A DNA stretch of 63,127 bases, filler included, from Asterionella formosa (GCA_002256025.1; 13 parts of 13 records of this genome joined end to end with filler, not necessarily neighbours in it), one strand, 5' to 3'; positions 11,568 to 23,275 are shown, numbered from the whole stretch's first letter. Made by a program: numbers and translations. Notes: a model not told the origin generated them from the sequence alone.

Positions 11568-13361
11568 CTAGCCAACTGTTTTGGGGTGAGCGTCGAGATC
11601 CCTTCTTGGCGCCACGCGAAAGAAGTGGGTAATGTTGCCCTTGGAAGAAACTTTTCGTAATGAAGCATTTTCACACTCCGATTCGCTCCTTTTCTGGTCG
11701 TCATCTTCCATTGGCTTGTGCTTTTTAGCCTTTGGTTGTAGAAGCATGTTAGAAATTGAGGTTGTTTGGCTATTTATTGTCAGCAGAGCCTGTTTTGCTT
11801 CAACAAAGCCAGCAGGTCCAGTCCGGTACGCTGAGGCCCACTTTTTGGAGATTGCGCCGGAACCATCTTTTGGTTTATCACCCCAACCTAAACACCACAG
11901 TAATCCAGCATAGCTAGGAGGTGAAAGACCATCTAACGCAAACCGATCATTCAAGTAACATATTTGTTCCAAAAGGTCATTAATTTCCAATCCATTTTTT
12001 TGCCAGTGAACCATTGTCTTTCCCCAGGTCATACGAGCATTATTGTGAAGTTCTCCTGTTGATATCAGATATTCTTGCATGGCATTCCAATTTTTGTCTG
12101 AAGTTGTTCCCGTCTCAAGTTGCTCCACTGACATGGGTCGACATGTACCTTGGTTTCTGTATCGGGTCATGTATTGTCTTGCCCAAGATGGTACTGCCAA
12201 TTCTCGATTGTAAAAGTCTGGACACGCAAAGGCATGGGCATACGAGATCTCGCGCCACTTGATGATTTCATCTTCAAACTTTTGCTTTCCTCCAGCGTTC
12301 GATTGCCATAAATCATGGACGATGGAAAATATGGAAACAACCCCAAGATTGAGATAACAAGACATACGACTAACCGAATGAGGATGCATGATGTTGTTTC
12401 TTGTCCTCGCATACGATCGGAGACCATTTTGTTTGAATCTAGACCACCTTTCCATACCGGATGTTTTGGATCCGTGCGTTTGCTGACAAGGGGGTACGGT
12501 GGTGTCAATGCCCGGCCATGACATGGACCACCGTTTCAAATCAGAAATGGACGCTAAATCTGTCACTGTCCAGGGTCGCTTTCCTGGACATGAGTTATCT
12601 TGTGAGCACCATTCTTTTGGGAGAGATTCTTTTATTGTTACGTTTGCTGTAGTTAAAAAGAATCCTGGTTCCAGTCTGACTAATAGTTCCGGTGCATCCA
12701 ATTGTCCTTCGTTGACAGCAGCTTTCACTTGCACATGTCGCTGATCTGCTATGATTTTAAGCCATGCCCACGCCTTGGTCGGTACCCCCTTGTAACTCTC
12801 ACCATGCTCAATTTTATGCAATTTGCTCAAAGGAGGCACAATTGTGCTTCCATCCACTCGGAAGGTGGCAATCTTTGCTAACCGACAGGTTCTCTCCACG
12901 ACTTGGGTCAATCTGAGATATGGATGTACAAAGGGTTCATCGAACACCACAACGGCAGATTTTTGCGCCAAAGTCAAGTGATGAGGGGTCCGACATGCAG
13001 GCCCGTGGACTCGAATGGCAACCCCAGCTCCCATGGACTCCCATTCCTGGGCGGCGTACTGAATGGCCTCAAGTGTAAAGGCGACTTTTCGCGCAGTAAA
13101 GGCTACAGGTTTGTGTTTCGGGTCGGTTTGAGGCATGTGCGAGTCATCCAAAACAATTGCCACGATCAGTAAGGGAATTTTTAGGTGATTGGCGATTCTA
13201 GCGGCCAATGCAAGGGCTGGATTGTGTTTCTTTCTCAGTACCACTGTTGGTAAATAAAGGACAAATGCGCCATTCGGGTTAGGTTTCTCATCGCTACTCG
13301 TTTTGATTCTCTGCTTGAGCGCCGCAGGCAAATCAAGAGCCATCAGTATTGAACCCGACAT
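11568..13361 (-). CDS. Class II CPD photolyase-like protein
   Basis: 597 aa; LRKKHNPAL, VDGSTIVP, YARTRN, SRMSCYLNLG, WNAMQEYLISTGELHNNARMTWGK and LNDRFALDG...SYAGLLWC match class II photolyase FAD-binding-domain motifs. Confidence 0.8.
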   Translation of the reverse strand: MSGSILMALDLPAALKQRIKTSSDEKPNPNGAFVLYLPTVVLRKKHNPALALAARIANHLKIPLLIVAIVLDDSHMPQTDPKHKPVAFTARKVAFTLEAIQYAAQEWESMGAGVAIRVHGPACRTPHHLTLAQKSAVVVFDEPFVHPYLRLTQVVERTCRLAKIATFRVDGSTIVPPLSKLHKIEHGESYKGVPTKAWAWLKIIADQRHVQVKAAVNEGQLDAPELLVRLEPGFFLTTANVTIKESLPKEWCSQDNSCPGKRPWTVTDLASISDLKRWSMSWPGIDTTVPPCQQTHGSKTSGMERWSRFKQNGLRSYARTRNNIMHPHSVSRMSCYLNLGVVSIFSIVHDLWQSNAGGKQKFEDEIIKWREISYAHAFACPDFYNRELAVPSWARQYMTRYRNQGTCRPMSVEQLETGTTSDKNWNAMQEYLISTGELHNNARMTWGKTMVHWQKNGLEINDLLEQICYLNDRFALDGLSPPSYAGLLWCLGWGDKPKDGSGAISKKWASAYRTGPAGFVEAKQALLTINSQTTSISNMLLQPKAKKHKPMEDDDQKRSESECENASLRKVSSKGNITHFFRVAPRRDLDAHPKTVG

Positions 13362-13802
13362 GGTGAACAGGGCAGTGTGTGGGATGACTTAAGGCATAAC
13401 AAGAAAGAGACGAATGACTCACAACAGAGACAAATAATGAGGAAAACGCTATATTATTTTTACATATACCGCGGTACAATTGATATTTAATTTGCTTATA
13501 ATAAAATAGAACTGATGTATGCATCATTTTTGATATCATATGGATATTCATGTATGTTGTAATTTATGTTAATAAAAAATAGAAGCAAGTACCGGTCGTG
13601 CGTATACTGACACTTACTACCGGGACAGTAGATCATGATGGGATGTGAAGCCATAAAATAAAATCCTGTCATTACAATACACGTGACACCTCCAAATTGA
13701 TTATTGGCTGCTTCGCTCATATAGCGACAATAAAGCAGTTCTTGTCGGATTGCTCTAGGGCTTCGTTCTGACACTCGCGTGCTTGCTCGTCTAAGTTCAA
13801 GA

Positions 13803-15300
13803 ATGAGGAGCTTCTCTACCCTTCTCATTCTGGTGTATTGTCTATCGGGAGCTTTTGGCAACAACTCGTTCCATCCAAAACAGATGAGCGTCCGTCCAAC
13901 GACTCAGCCATCAGCACGTGATCTCCAAGAGCAGGAAGCCCTGCTAGAGATTCGCGGTGGAGCCAAGAAGCAAGAGGAAGTCGCCGCAATTATCGGAGGC
14001 AAGGCGTCAATTCCAGCATCCATATTCAATTTGGTAAACAATGTTGCTGGCGCTGGGATTCTTACGCTGTCGTCGGGGATGGCGACAGGCACTGGCTGGG
14101 TCCCTGCCATTTTGATTTGCTCAGTTCTCGGTCTGCTGAGTTCTCATACATTTGCTATTATTGGAGAAGCATGTGAATTGACTGGAGAAGTGGATTTCAA
14201 GGTACATACGTTTCTGCTGTTGCCAGTTCTTCATATCGTACTGTTAACTCACAAGCGTTTCACAGGGTCTCTGGGCTCGAACAATCGGCAAGAAATCGAC
14301 CTATATTGTGGATGGAGTCATTGCCACCATGTGCCTCGCCTGTGCTGTCATTTACTCTGGTATCCTGGGGGACGTGTTCACACCTCTGCTTGACTCGGCA
14401 GGAGTTCCTTCACAATTTAATGGACGTACCTCCAACATTCTCATCATCACCATCGCTTTGCTGTTCCCCATGAGTTTGATCAAGAACCTGTCGGCGCTCG
14501 CGTTTACTTCAATTCTTGGTTTCTGTGCCATCATGTATACGGTCCTCTTTATTGTCATACGCGCCTTGGATGGGACCTACACCTTGGGATCTGGCAAATT
14601 TGTCACCGATGGAGTACTTGCCACTTTGCCCAAGTTTGCCAAGTCCTCCCTGTGGAATTTCGATTTCACATCGTTGGTACTCATTTCAAATCTGGGCCTA
14701 GCCTACATTGCTCATTACAATGCACCTGCATTCTATCGCGAACTTTCAAATACCAACAGCAAAAGATTTGCCAAAATGGTCAATATCTCCTTTGTCGTTT
14801 TGACCTTGCTTTACATCGTCACCATGTCTGCTGGATATTCTACATTTGGAGATGTCTGCCAGGGCAACATTCTCCTGAACTATCATCCTTCCGATATCTT
14901 GAGCACCTTGGGACGAGTGGCAACTGGCTTCAGCATCTTGTTCGGATTTCCTTTAGTGGCAGCAGGGGCGAGAGAAGGAGTGGCTGGATTTTGTAGTGGA
15001 CTTGGATACAATGCGGTAGGAGAAGACAAGAACCATGCCTTGCTTGTAGCAGGTATTCTTGCCTTTGTCACTGCCATTTCGTGCACCATAACGGACGTTT
15101 CCCTTGTGGTGGGCTTGACGGGAGCAGCCATGGGATCAACCATCGTTTACATCATTCCCCCCATTATCTACCAACGAGCGGTTGGCTTAATCAAGGGAAT
15201 CAATAGCAACGAGCACAATTTGTCAAAGAGGAACATGGCATTGATTCCATTTGGACTGGCTATTGGAGGTTTGGGCGTTTTCATGACACTCAAGAAGTAG
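13803..15300 (+). CDS. Amino acid permease (AAAP/Aa_trans family) with N-terminal signal peptide, 2 exons (intron 14202-14265)
   Basis: SIFNLVNNVAGAGILTL, LAYIAHYNAPAFY, GYSTFG..CQGNILLNY; many TM segments; the GTAC..CAG intron gives DFK|GLWART. Confidence 0.88.
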
Positions 15301-15457
15301 TGGAAAACTTCTGAAGTTGAAACGTAATCGTGCTAGCTAGTATCTAGGTCTGCCTCAATTACATCATGACCACCATGCAATTTTGGACCCTGCGCTACAT
15401 GTGCACAAATACGAGTTTTTAGAACATTTGTCTGTTTAGCTAGCTAGGCCATTTTAT

Positions 15458-16547
15458 CTAATGTAATGACATGAAATCGTCAAACGACGAGTACCTGGGA
15501 TTCCACTTCAATGCTTCGTTGGTGAATGATCCATCATAAATCTTGCCCAGCATACCACCTTCACCATGATCACCAGCGAATTCCGGTCTTTTCATACCGT
15601 TATACAACTTTGCCTTCAGTGCGGACTCAATAATGCCCTGTCGAGTGGTGGGATTCCCGTCACTCACTAAAAACACTTTGCTCGCAGTCACAATGGGTCC
15701 GGCCTTCAAGGCCGCCAAACATGCACCTGCTGCATCATCATAGTGTAGTAAATTGATGATACCATCTTTTCTTCCTGCAATTTCTTTTCCGGACTTTAAC
15801 CAAAAGCTGTGTGCTCCTCGCTCCAGTGTATACAAGCCCGCCAATCGTAAGCAACCACCGCCATTCTTTAGGCATGCCGCTTCCGCGTTAAGCAATTTAG
15901 CTGCACGGGGACTAGTTTCAGGGTCATCTGTTGGGGATGATTCTGTAACAGTAGCACCATCAAGACCAGCATAGCTAAAGTTTTGATGTGATCATTAGCA
16001 TTCGTCAAGATCAAGTGACTAAGTAATTTGAAAACGTGGTGTATATATGTTGACTCACATTCCTCCACTAGAAGTGAAAATAAACGATCCACCAGCTTCT
16101 GTTCCAGCCCATACTTTGCAAATGGCTTCTTCCACAGCTCCCGGGTAGTCTTCAAAACCAGAGGGAGGAGCACAAAATACGACATGTTGAAATTTCTTTC
16201 CGTTGATGGCATCGGATGTTTGAACGGAAAATCGATTGGAACCCACAGTTTCGAGAATGGATTCATGTCTCGTCGTGGTCTTGGTAATTCCAGTGACTGA
16301 TAAAAGGTAAGAAGACATAGACGCTAAAGTCATCCAAGATAGCCATCCAATGCCTAGTAATCACAGACTCACCTGATGCAGCAGAAAATTCAGGCGCTTC
16401 GATCAGTTGCTTGCAGAGGCTCGTGCCGAGGACACCACATCCAATCACAGCTATTTCACCATTCAAAACCATACCAGCGGATGATAGAGCCAGACAAGAA
16501 GGAAACAGACTGAGAAGAAAATTGGAGCGCTGTAGGAGCAACACCAT
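15458..16547 (-). CDS. NAD(P)-dependent epimerase/dehydratase-like Rossmann protein, 3 exons (introns 16297-16372 and 15975-16058)
   Basis: IAVIGCGVLG nucleotide-binding motif, VVFCAPPSG, FIFTSSGGIY, LRLAGLY, NLLHYDDAA; canonical splice sites join three ORFs; hydrophobic N-terminus. Confidence 0.82.
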
Positions 16548-16629
16548 GATGCCAATGGACGACGTTGAAAACAAGGCAAATCCTCAAAATATAAAATCTG
16601 TGAAGACTAGATACGAGGTGACAACGAGT

Positions 16630-16740
16630 TACCAGGTACCTGGTACCATACCAGGAGCTAAGTAATGATCAAAATGACCCGACCTTCCTTGCCTTCCCCA
16701 GTGTACCCGAAGTATGTTTCGGTACGTACCTGGTACCAAT
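16630..16740. repeat. GGTACC micro-repeat cluster including a perfect 16-bp palindrome
   Basis: TACCAGGTACCTGGTA at 16630-16645; gtacgtacctggtacc near 16722. Confidence 0.85.
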
Positions 16741-16932
16741 GATGATGTACATATATATGAACGAAAGAATATCAAATTTGACGTCAGCAGGCAGTGACTG
16801 ATTACGAGAGCACACAAAAATCCAAACCCAAAAATTACACACAGGTATTGGTTCCTTCGTCTCCAAAAAACAACGGATCTCTCTGATCCAATATTGTTGT
16901 TACCCGTAGTCAATACCAGGAACAGTCTCACC

Positions 16933-17547
16933 ATGGCGCTCGTCATTCTTTTCTTATTTCTGCTTTTGCGAAATTCGCTCGCACTCAACGTAGTCATTGC
17001 CGGTGGCACAGGAACATTGGGCAAAATGGTCGCCTCCAGACTGGACGGCCATCAGGTTACGATTTTGTGTAGGAATTCCTTTCTTGCAGCTGCTCCCAAC
17101 AAGGTCACAGAAGCATTTGGTTGGGTTGGAGCATCCTTTCTGGAACTTAATCCCCATGTGCAGCTAAGAGATTGGGATGGTGGGGATTTGTTGGACATTG
17201 TCGGAAAAGATTGGGTTGGTTGGCAAGAGGACACCTTGGCCAAGGCAGACGTGATCGTGAATATGTGTGGAGGCTATACACAGCAGAGGAACATGGCCAC
17301 CGAGCGTATCGTCAGAGAGTCTTTGCGGGTAAATCCGAAGGCTCTTCAGGTGGCAGTAGCTCCAGCTGAAGAAGATATCAAGGTTTTGACTCCAGGCATG
17401 CTCACCATGAAGATCAAGCGACTAGTTGAGTGCGAAGAAATGGTCAAAAAAAATTGTCTCAATTCAAAGTGCCTGCGATTGGAAGCTTATAATTTGCAGG
17501 GGAGTTGTCAGCGAATCATTGATGCCATTCAATCAGCCAAGGTGTGA
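16933..17547 (+). CDS. Short NAD(P)-binding Rossmann-fold protein with signal peptide
   Basis: Hydrophobic leader then NVVIAGGTGTLG, DWDGGD, ADVIVNMCGG. Confidence 0.75.
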   Translation: MALVILFLFLLLRNSLALNVVIAGGTGTLGKMVASRLDGHQVTILCRNSFLAAAPNKVTEAFGWVGASFLELNPHVQLRDWDGGDLLDIVGKDWVGWQEDTLAKADVIVNMCGGYTQQRNMATERIVRESLRVNPKALQVAVAPAEEDIKVLTPGMLTMKIKRLVECEEMVKKNCLNSKCLRLEAYNLQGSCQRIIDAIQSAKV

Positions 17548-17798
17548 GCAGGATTGTAAAGTATCGGTGTTTTTCTAGTCGACGACGAACCCGCGAATAT
17601 TTCCTTAGGGTATTTTCTTTTCTCTGCAGCCCTTGACTAATATTACAGTTGTATAGATAGACTATAGATTAGGAGTACATTCTTCTGGCCTCCTCGTTGG
17701 TTACTATGATATGCAATATGCAAATAATGGTCGTGCATATGTTAGCTACTTGTAACATATTCCCGGTGTACACTATTTACTGGATACTCCGTACGTAC

Positions 17799-18302
17799 TA
17801 CCGGTAGGTAATTCCTTGCACTGACTGTACCACTCTCTCTTGTCGTATTGTTTACTGGCACATGATAGCAAACGAAATCCAAAACACTTGTTGACGCAAT
17901 CACGACGAAAGCAAATGCCGACGGACCCGAAGAACGTTTTTACCATACGATAATATTCTTGTACCTGGTACCTAGTAGTGTAAGTTCTTTACTAAAATAC
18001 TCCACTGCAAGTTATAAATCGATCCCATCACATACTTGCGTACCAGGTGCACATCTGAACTTCAATACCAGTATGCGTACACCTGTAGTATGTATGCAAC
18101 GCTTGTCCTTACAGTCAATATTCGCTCCATGATGAAGATGACTGCCCAGGTACCAGGTACCAGGTACCGGTATTTTCTGCTAGTCTACTCGGCCAGGAGT
18201 ATACAGTGTACCTGGTACCTGGAACCAGGGTACCAGGTACTGTATCTTTGTATCATAAGAACAAGAACAGAATATTAGCTATCGGTACACACATACCGGG
18301 TA
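17799..18302. repeat. GGTACC micro-repeat field upstream of the sulfotransferase
   Basis: (CCAGGTA)3 followed by CCGGTA at 18146-18172; gtacctggtacctggaaccaggggtaccaggtac at ~18208-18240. Confidence 0.85.
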
Positions 18303-18715
18303 CATTCTTTTTTGATTGCAATATTGGCTAATTTTTACTGCCGGTTGTTCATATTCAACATAGTTACATATGTACCCGTTAATTAAGTAAAACTACCCAA
18401 TAAGGACCATCATCGTTCTGGTACGTAGATACATGTGGAACACTGGTCGGGTGCGCGACGAGCTATCAGCATGAGTCGTACTCCACACATTATGCAGAAA
18501 GTGATTTCATAGTATTCCGGTATAGATATTGCAATGATCTCAACGGTACAAATATACATCATTTTAATATGTATGAATACATGAATGAACGACAAACATG
18601 CACATTACATAAAGTATACAGTAGTTTTAAATATACTTCCTCATCTATTATTGACACATTCTCATCGTTAAGTTTGTCCTGGCGGCGTGTTGCTCGATGG
18701 CGTTTGAAAGCGAAC

Positions 18716-19909
18716 ATGTCACCTTTCAACAAGGCGGGCTCCAAAGAATTGCTTCTGTTCCTCGCAGTTGTAGTTCTCCGTTTCGTCTCATTCGAATTCT
18801 ATCCAGACTCATTTAATGACGTCAGCACTGCTTCTAGCAACAGCACTAAAACATCGATTCGGCTTATTAGCGGTAACTACAGTAACATCTCAAAGGGTGA
18901 CTTCGCCAATCGAAATCATGCTGTATCTGCCGATGATTGGCCCAGCCTAGACAATCAGACTTGCATCGAACAGGGCATGCCAACATACCCGCAACCCCAA
19001 GACGTTTCAGATTGGCAAACTCGAGGGCCCTACGTCTTAATCATTGGTGCCATGAAGGCTGGGACGACCGCCCTGAACTGGCATCTCAGTAATCACCCCC
19101 TTGTTGCGACCGTCTGTGTCAGGATAAAAGAAATGCATTTTTTTGATTATCGTTTTGAACCATACCGAACTAATCAGGGCATTCTTAGGGCCGATGCTCG
19201 CAACGCCTATCGAGAGCTTGTTGATCGAGTGTTCAATGCAAGTGAAACCTTGGGTAAAAACCCCAAAATGATTGCATTTGATGATTCACCAAGGTATCTT
19301 TTTTCGTCTGACCTTATCCCAGCAAGCGTCTTGTGTGTTGCACCCTGGGTAAAGGTCATTGCGCTTTTGAGAAATCCTGTAGATCGAGCGTATAGTCATT
19401 TCACAATGGCAAAGAACGGTGAAAACAATAGGAACGTCGAAATAACCGTTGAAGAATGGTTTCAGAGGGATTTGGATGACTTGAGACGGGTCGGAGTTAT
19501 CCAAGACAAGATTCCACTTTCTCAATTTAGTGGCTCGGATGAGGAATTGAAAGCCTGGAGGGCATATACTAGATTGGGAACACATGCGCCGATCGGTCGA
19601 GGTCTCTACGCTATTCAGCTCCGTCACTGGTTCAAGGCATTTGATGATTTTGGCAAGTCGAGGAGTGATGTTTTCGTTATCAATTCTGAGCTCATGAAAG
19701 AGAAGACAGAAATGGTCTATGAACAAGTACTCAACTTTTTACAATTGCCAGCTTTTCAATTAGTTGAAGAAGATATTTTTCATGGGAATTATTCCGCGCC
19801 CCTCAACAATGAGACAAGAAGGAAATTAAATGAATTTTTCGCTCCTTATAATCATGAGCTGTATGCTCTATTGGGCCCAGAATGGGATGGTGTTTGGGAC
19901 CAGAAATGA
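18716..19909 (+). CDS. Golgi-type sulfotransferase (heparan-sulfate 3-O-sulfotransferase-like family)
   Basis: N-terminal TM anchor; PAPS-binding IIGAMKAGTTAL, KEMHFFD, LLRNPVDRAYSH, RGLYAIQL, EFFAPYN. Confidence 0.88.
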   Translation: MSPFNKAGSKELLLFLAVVVLRFVSFEFYPDSFNDVSTASSNSTKTSIRLISGNYSNISKGDFANRNHAVSADDWPSLDNQTCIEQGMPTYPQPQDVSDWQTRGPYVLIIGAMKAGTTALNWHLSNHPLVATVCVRIKEMHFFDYRFEPYRTNQGILRADARNAYRELVDRVFNASETLGKNPKMIAFDDSPRYLFSSDLIPASVLCVAPWVKVIALLRNPVDRAYSHFTMAKNGENNRNVEITVEEWFQRDLDDLRRVGVIQDKIPLSQFSGSDEELKAWRAYTRLGTHAPIGRGLYAIQLRHWFKAFDDFGKSRSDVFVINSELMKEKTEMVYEQVLNFLQLPAFQLVEEDIFHGNYSAPLNNETRRKLNEFFAPYNHELYALLGPEWDGVWDQK

Positions 19910-20090
19910 CAAGCAGAGTTCTTCTAGTTTTTGAGGAATTCACTAATCACTTCTCTTTAAGACACCACGTTGACCCAATACAATAATCCGCACAGAGCAA
20001 AGAATGTGTAAATGTTGTACAAGCACTGGAAATCAGTTGAAATGATGCAATCGGAGTCAAAATATGGCAATTACTGTCCTTAAGTTATTC

Positions 20091-21258
20091 CTATATCCTT
20101 CCGGTCCACCACGCTCTCCCCATCATTGCAAGCATAACGAGTTGTCCGTCGTTGGATGTCAACTTTGGATTCCATAAGTCAAAATTGGCTTCTTGGAGTT
20201 TTCGAAGGTAGAAAGTGGTCGGTATAGCATGCAGCAACACAGATTTACCAGTTTTTGGAACATCACCCTGCATTTCTCTCGCTTTGCTTAATTGCTGCGA
20301 TGCCGTAAACGCCATATTCTGGATCGACTCCTTGAGTGTATTTTCTACCTCTGGTTTTGGCTCAAAATTTTCGTCTAAGCGTGCAATCAAATATTGTGGA
20401 CGAATTTTGGTTGACTCTAGAAGATCTGCCGGAATTGAAATTTCGCCATTATGGGCCCGAAAGATCGTGGATCGAATCGCCGTCGTTATCCCCCAAGCAA
20501 CCCCCATCATTCCAGCAACATCATCGGCGCCTTCGTCTCTGACACCAACACATTCTAATGAAAGATACAACAGGCTCGAGCATGAATCTTCGCAATATGC
20601 CATCAAGTCTTCCATTGTAGCAATGTGTAGGATATCCAAGTCTGCTTCCCTGGCATCCACCAAACGCTCTAAAAATCGTCTCGTGAGTTGTTTTTCTTCC
20701 ACCGCTCGGAATAGAGCTCTCACGACGGGACTGCGCCACAAGGACGCCGCAGGCTGATGTTCTGAACCATAGAGTTGGTTCAACACGTCGCGCCACCAGG
20801 CCATCCGCACCTTCATGGCAATCGTCGAATACGACGCGTCAACTGTGCTCGTTCGGCGCTCATTCCCATCCTTGACGGATGCTAGCTCAATATTGAAGGC
20901 TCTCAGAGCAAAGTAGGCCCTTTGGGCAGACGAAGGCATAAGAAGACCACATACTTTTGAATCGAGTTTTTAACAGGGAATACATGAGGTGAGCAATAGT
21001 GTAGGAACAAAATACGTTCGTTGATGCTGAATGGTACATTCACACTGAAGGTTTAAGTTAGCAAAGTAGCTGCTCGCACTTACGGTATCCTTCTCGATCC
21101 CGAGATTGTACCAAGGCGACACAATGTGCATGATCTGCCTTCACTTGCTGCGCCGACGAGTTAATAGCGCGTGCCATCGCCGGTATTGTCGTGGCGCTTC
21201 CTCGGATGGAATATATGGTATTCCATTGTTGGAATACCTTCACTAATGATAACATCAT
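20091..21258 (-). CDS. NDUFAF6: Complex I assembly factor 6 (squalene/phytoene synthase fold), 2 exons (intron 20954-21083)
   Basis: HCVALVQSRDREGY|LCGLLMP..RAYFALRAFNIELASVKD..RMAWWRD..RLVDAREADL; GTAAG..AAG intron; mitochondrial-type leader. Confidence 0.85.
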
Positions 21259-21927
21259 GAGGCTTGCGCGTTGTACCTATTCCGCTTCTATCACACGCAG
21301 CAAATAGATCGCTAAAGAAAGGGACGAGATATCGATGATTAAGAGAAGCAGTAACAGCTGGCAAAAGAGAACGGCAACAGCTCATTCGATGAAGGTACCT
21401 GCTTGTGAAGTAATGTGCAAGATCTAAAACCTTTTATCTACATGCTTGCACTACTTGAGTTGCATCGCTCGTTATTTCACATGGACTGTTTTACGTGCTA
21501 CCTCAACATAATTACCGGTAGTCACTTCTGGGGTTGCTTCATTTAGTTTACGTATTGCAAGCTACATACTGGTACACGTTTTGACTCAGCACAAGCAACA
21601 TCATCCATATGTAGTATGATAGGCGTCTTTAATTCCCTTTTCATCCTAGCCATAGTAATCTTAAACTATAACTGTTGACACAGAAGACCCAACCTTGTCA
21701 GCAGTAGCTAGTACTAAAGGGAAGAACATACAAGAGAGTACCTGCAAGCGGGAAGAATTACCATGATATGTTGTGTTATAAAGTCTATAGTGATTTTGGT
21801 TAGCTAGTTGAGTTAGTAACCACAACATCACATCAAGACAATGTGTGCAGCACATCCACCTACGTAAATTGCAAAAAAGGACCCATTTGCTTTGGACACT
21901 CTTCTAGCTACCACTTTGGAGTTCTTT

Positions 21928-21978
21928 GGGGGGGGGGGGGGGGGGGCGGGGGGGGGGTGGGGGGGGGGGGGGGGGGGG
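21928..21978. repeat. Poly-G tract (~50 nt, two interruptions)
   Basis: Seen directly; marks the end of the gene-dense part of contig 1. Confidence 0.8.
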
Positions 21979-21989
21979 CGTACCAGGGT

Positions 21990-22900
21990 ACATAGCACCC
22001 AATTGTGATGCGAAGGAGCTACATAGACTGAGTACGGTGTTAGGGGTGTTGTAGATAATTAATGAGATATTGGCAGAGCCCTGAAGTTGTTAGCTATCTC
22101 GCGTAATTTGAGAGAATTGGTGTTGATTGAATATAGTTAATCAAGCCTCCACTGATGTGGGAGAATGCATGAAGTAATCTTCCTCAGCGTAAAGGTACTA
22201 GATCAAACTGATGGTTCCCATTGTCAGGAATGACTGACTGAGTCTTGGTTTTAGTAACAAGATATGGTATTATCACAGAAACAGTTAACCTCATTCATTA
22301 TGCGCTTTAAGACTACTCTATTGCTGGTAGTAGTGGAACCCGCATAGTAGCGCCTCCTGGTGTTGCCAGCCGAGGCGGTTTAGAAAACTCACCAACCCAA
22401 TATCAACCCAACATACGTGGTGATTTCAGGCGCTGGAACGTGGGTTTATTTGAGTCAGATGATTGAAGATTAGAATTCAGAAAGGGACAGGTCCGATCTT
22501 GAGCAGGGTAAAGAAGCTTTGTTTATTGTAAACTTAAAGCTATAGCTATGAGCATGTAAGGCTTTCTTGTTACAACCAATCAGAGGCTCTGAAGGTGAAA
22601 TGCTTTGTAGCAGTAGGCATTATATGTGACCAAAGCGTCAGTGTGAATATGTTACAGGAGATTCCAAGTGGAGTGAGTCCAATTCACCGTTCTCCCATGC
22701 CTGTATCTCAAATTCTAGCCCACTTTTTAGCTCGAAAGGTTTGAGATTGGGGGCAAGTGAGGACAAGATTGTAGGTCACCAGAGATTCCTGGCATTGGGG
22801 ACAGAGAGGTGATTCGCATTGTTGGTATCAGCGGTGATGCTTCGCTGGCTGATGCACAGTCATTTTGCGAGTTTATATATCTTTGCTTATTGGATAATTC
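21990..22900 (-). mobile_element. Decayed 3' portion of a non-LTR retrotransposon (Ambal-like)
   Basis: Minus-strand pieces HR*YQQCESPLCPQCQESLVTYNLVLTCPQ (CCHC-type knuckle) and DIGLVSFLNRLGWQHQE resemble the C-terminal region of diatom LINE ORFs; many stops and frameshifts. Confidence 0.35.
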
Positions 22901-23175
22901 ATTTGCGATGCACCCCGTCATTTATAAAAAAGTAACAATATATATGATTTCTAGTTTCATGCATCATCTCAGCCGCGAAATACGCCACTTTTCGAAATTT
23001 TGTCTACGTATGAGTGTTAATTATGTGGTACTTCACATGCATTAATGCCACTCTTCACGTAAAAAAGATTACTTTTAACGGTTTCATGTGAAGTTTTAAC
23101 TGTTTCATGTGAAGTTTTCACAATGAATTTTGAACGCGAGACTGAATTAGTTGATGTTTCAAATAATTCATTTGA

Positions 23176-23275
23176 NNNNNNNNNNNNNNNNNNNNNNNNN
23201 NNNNNNNNNNNNNNNNNNNTTAATTAATTAANNNNNNNNNNNNNNNNNNNNNNNNNNNNNNNNNNNNNNNNNNNN
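23176..23275. other. Artificial contig spacer (44N + TTAATTAATTAA + 44N); also at 46433, 47952, 49471, 50990, 52508, 54033, 55550, 57066, 58582, 60098 and 61613
   Basis: Identical 100-bp spacer with stops in all six frames; the contigs after 46533 are all 1415-1425 bp, consistent with size-ordered concatenation. Confidence 0.97.

Noticed and set aside
22527..22710. Possible solo LTR (TG..CA) within the LINE-like remnant
   Set aside because: No target-site duplication and no second copy in the window
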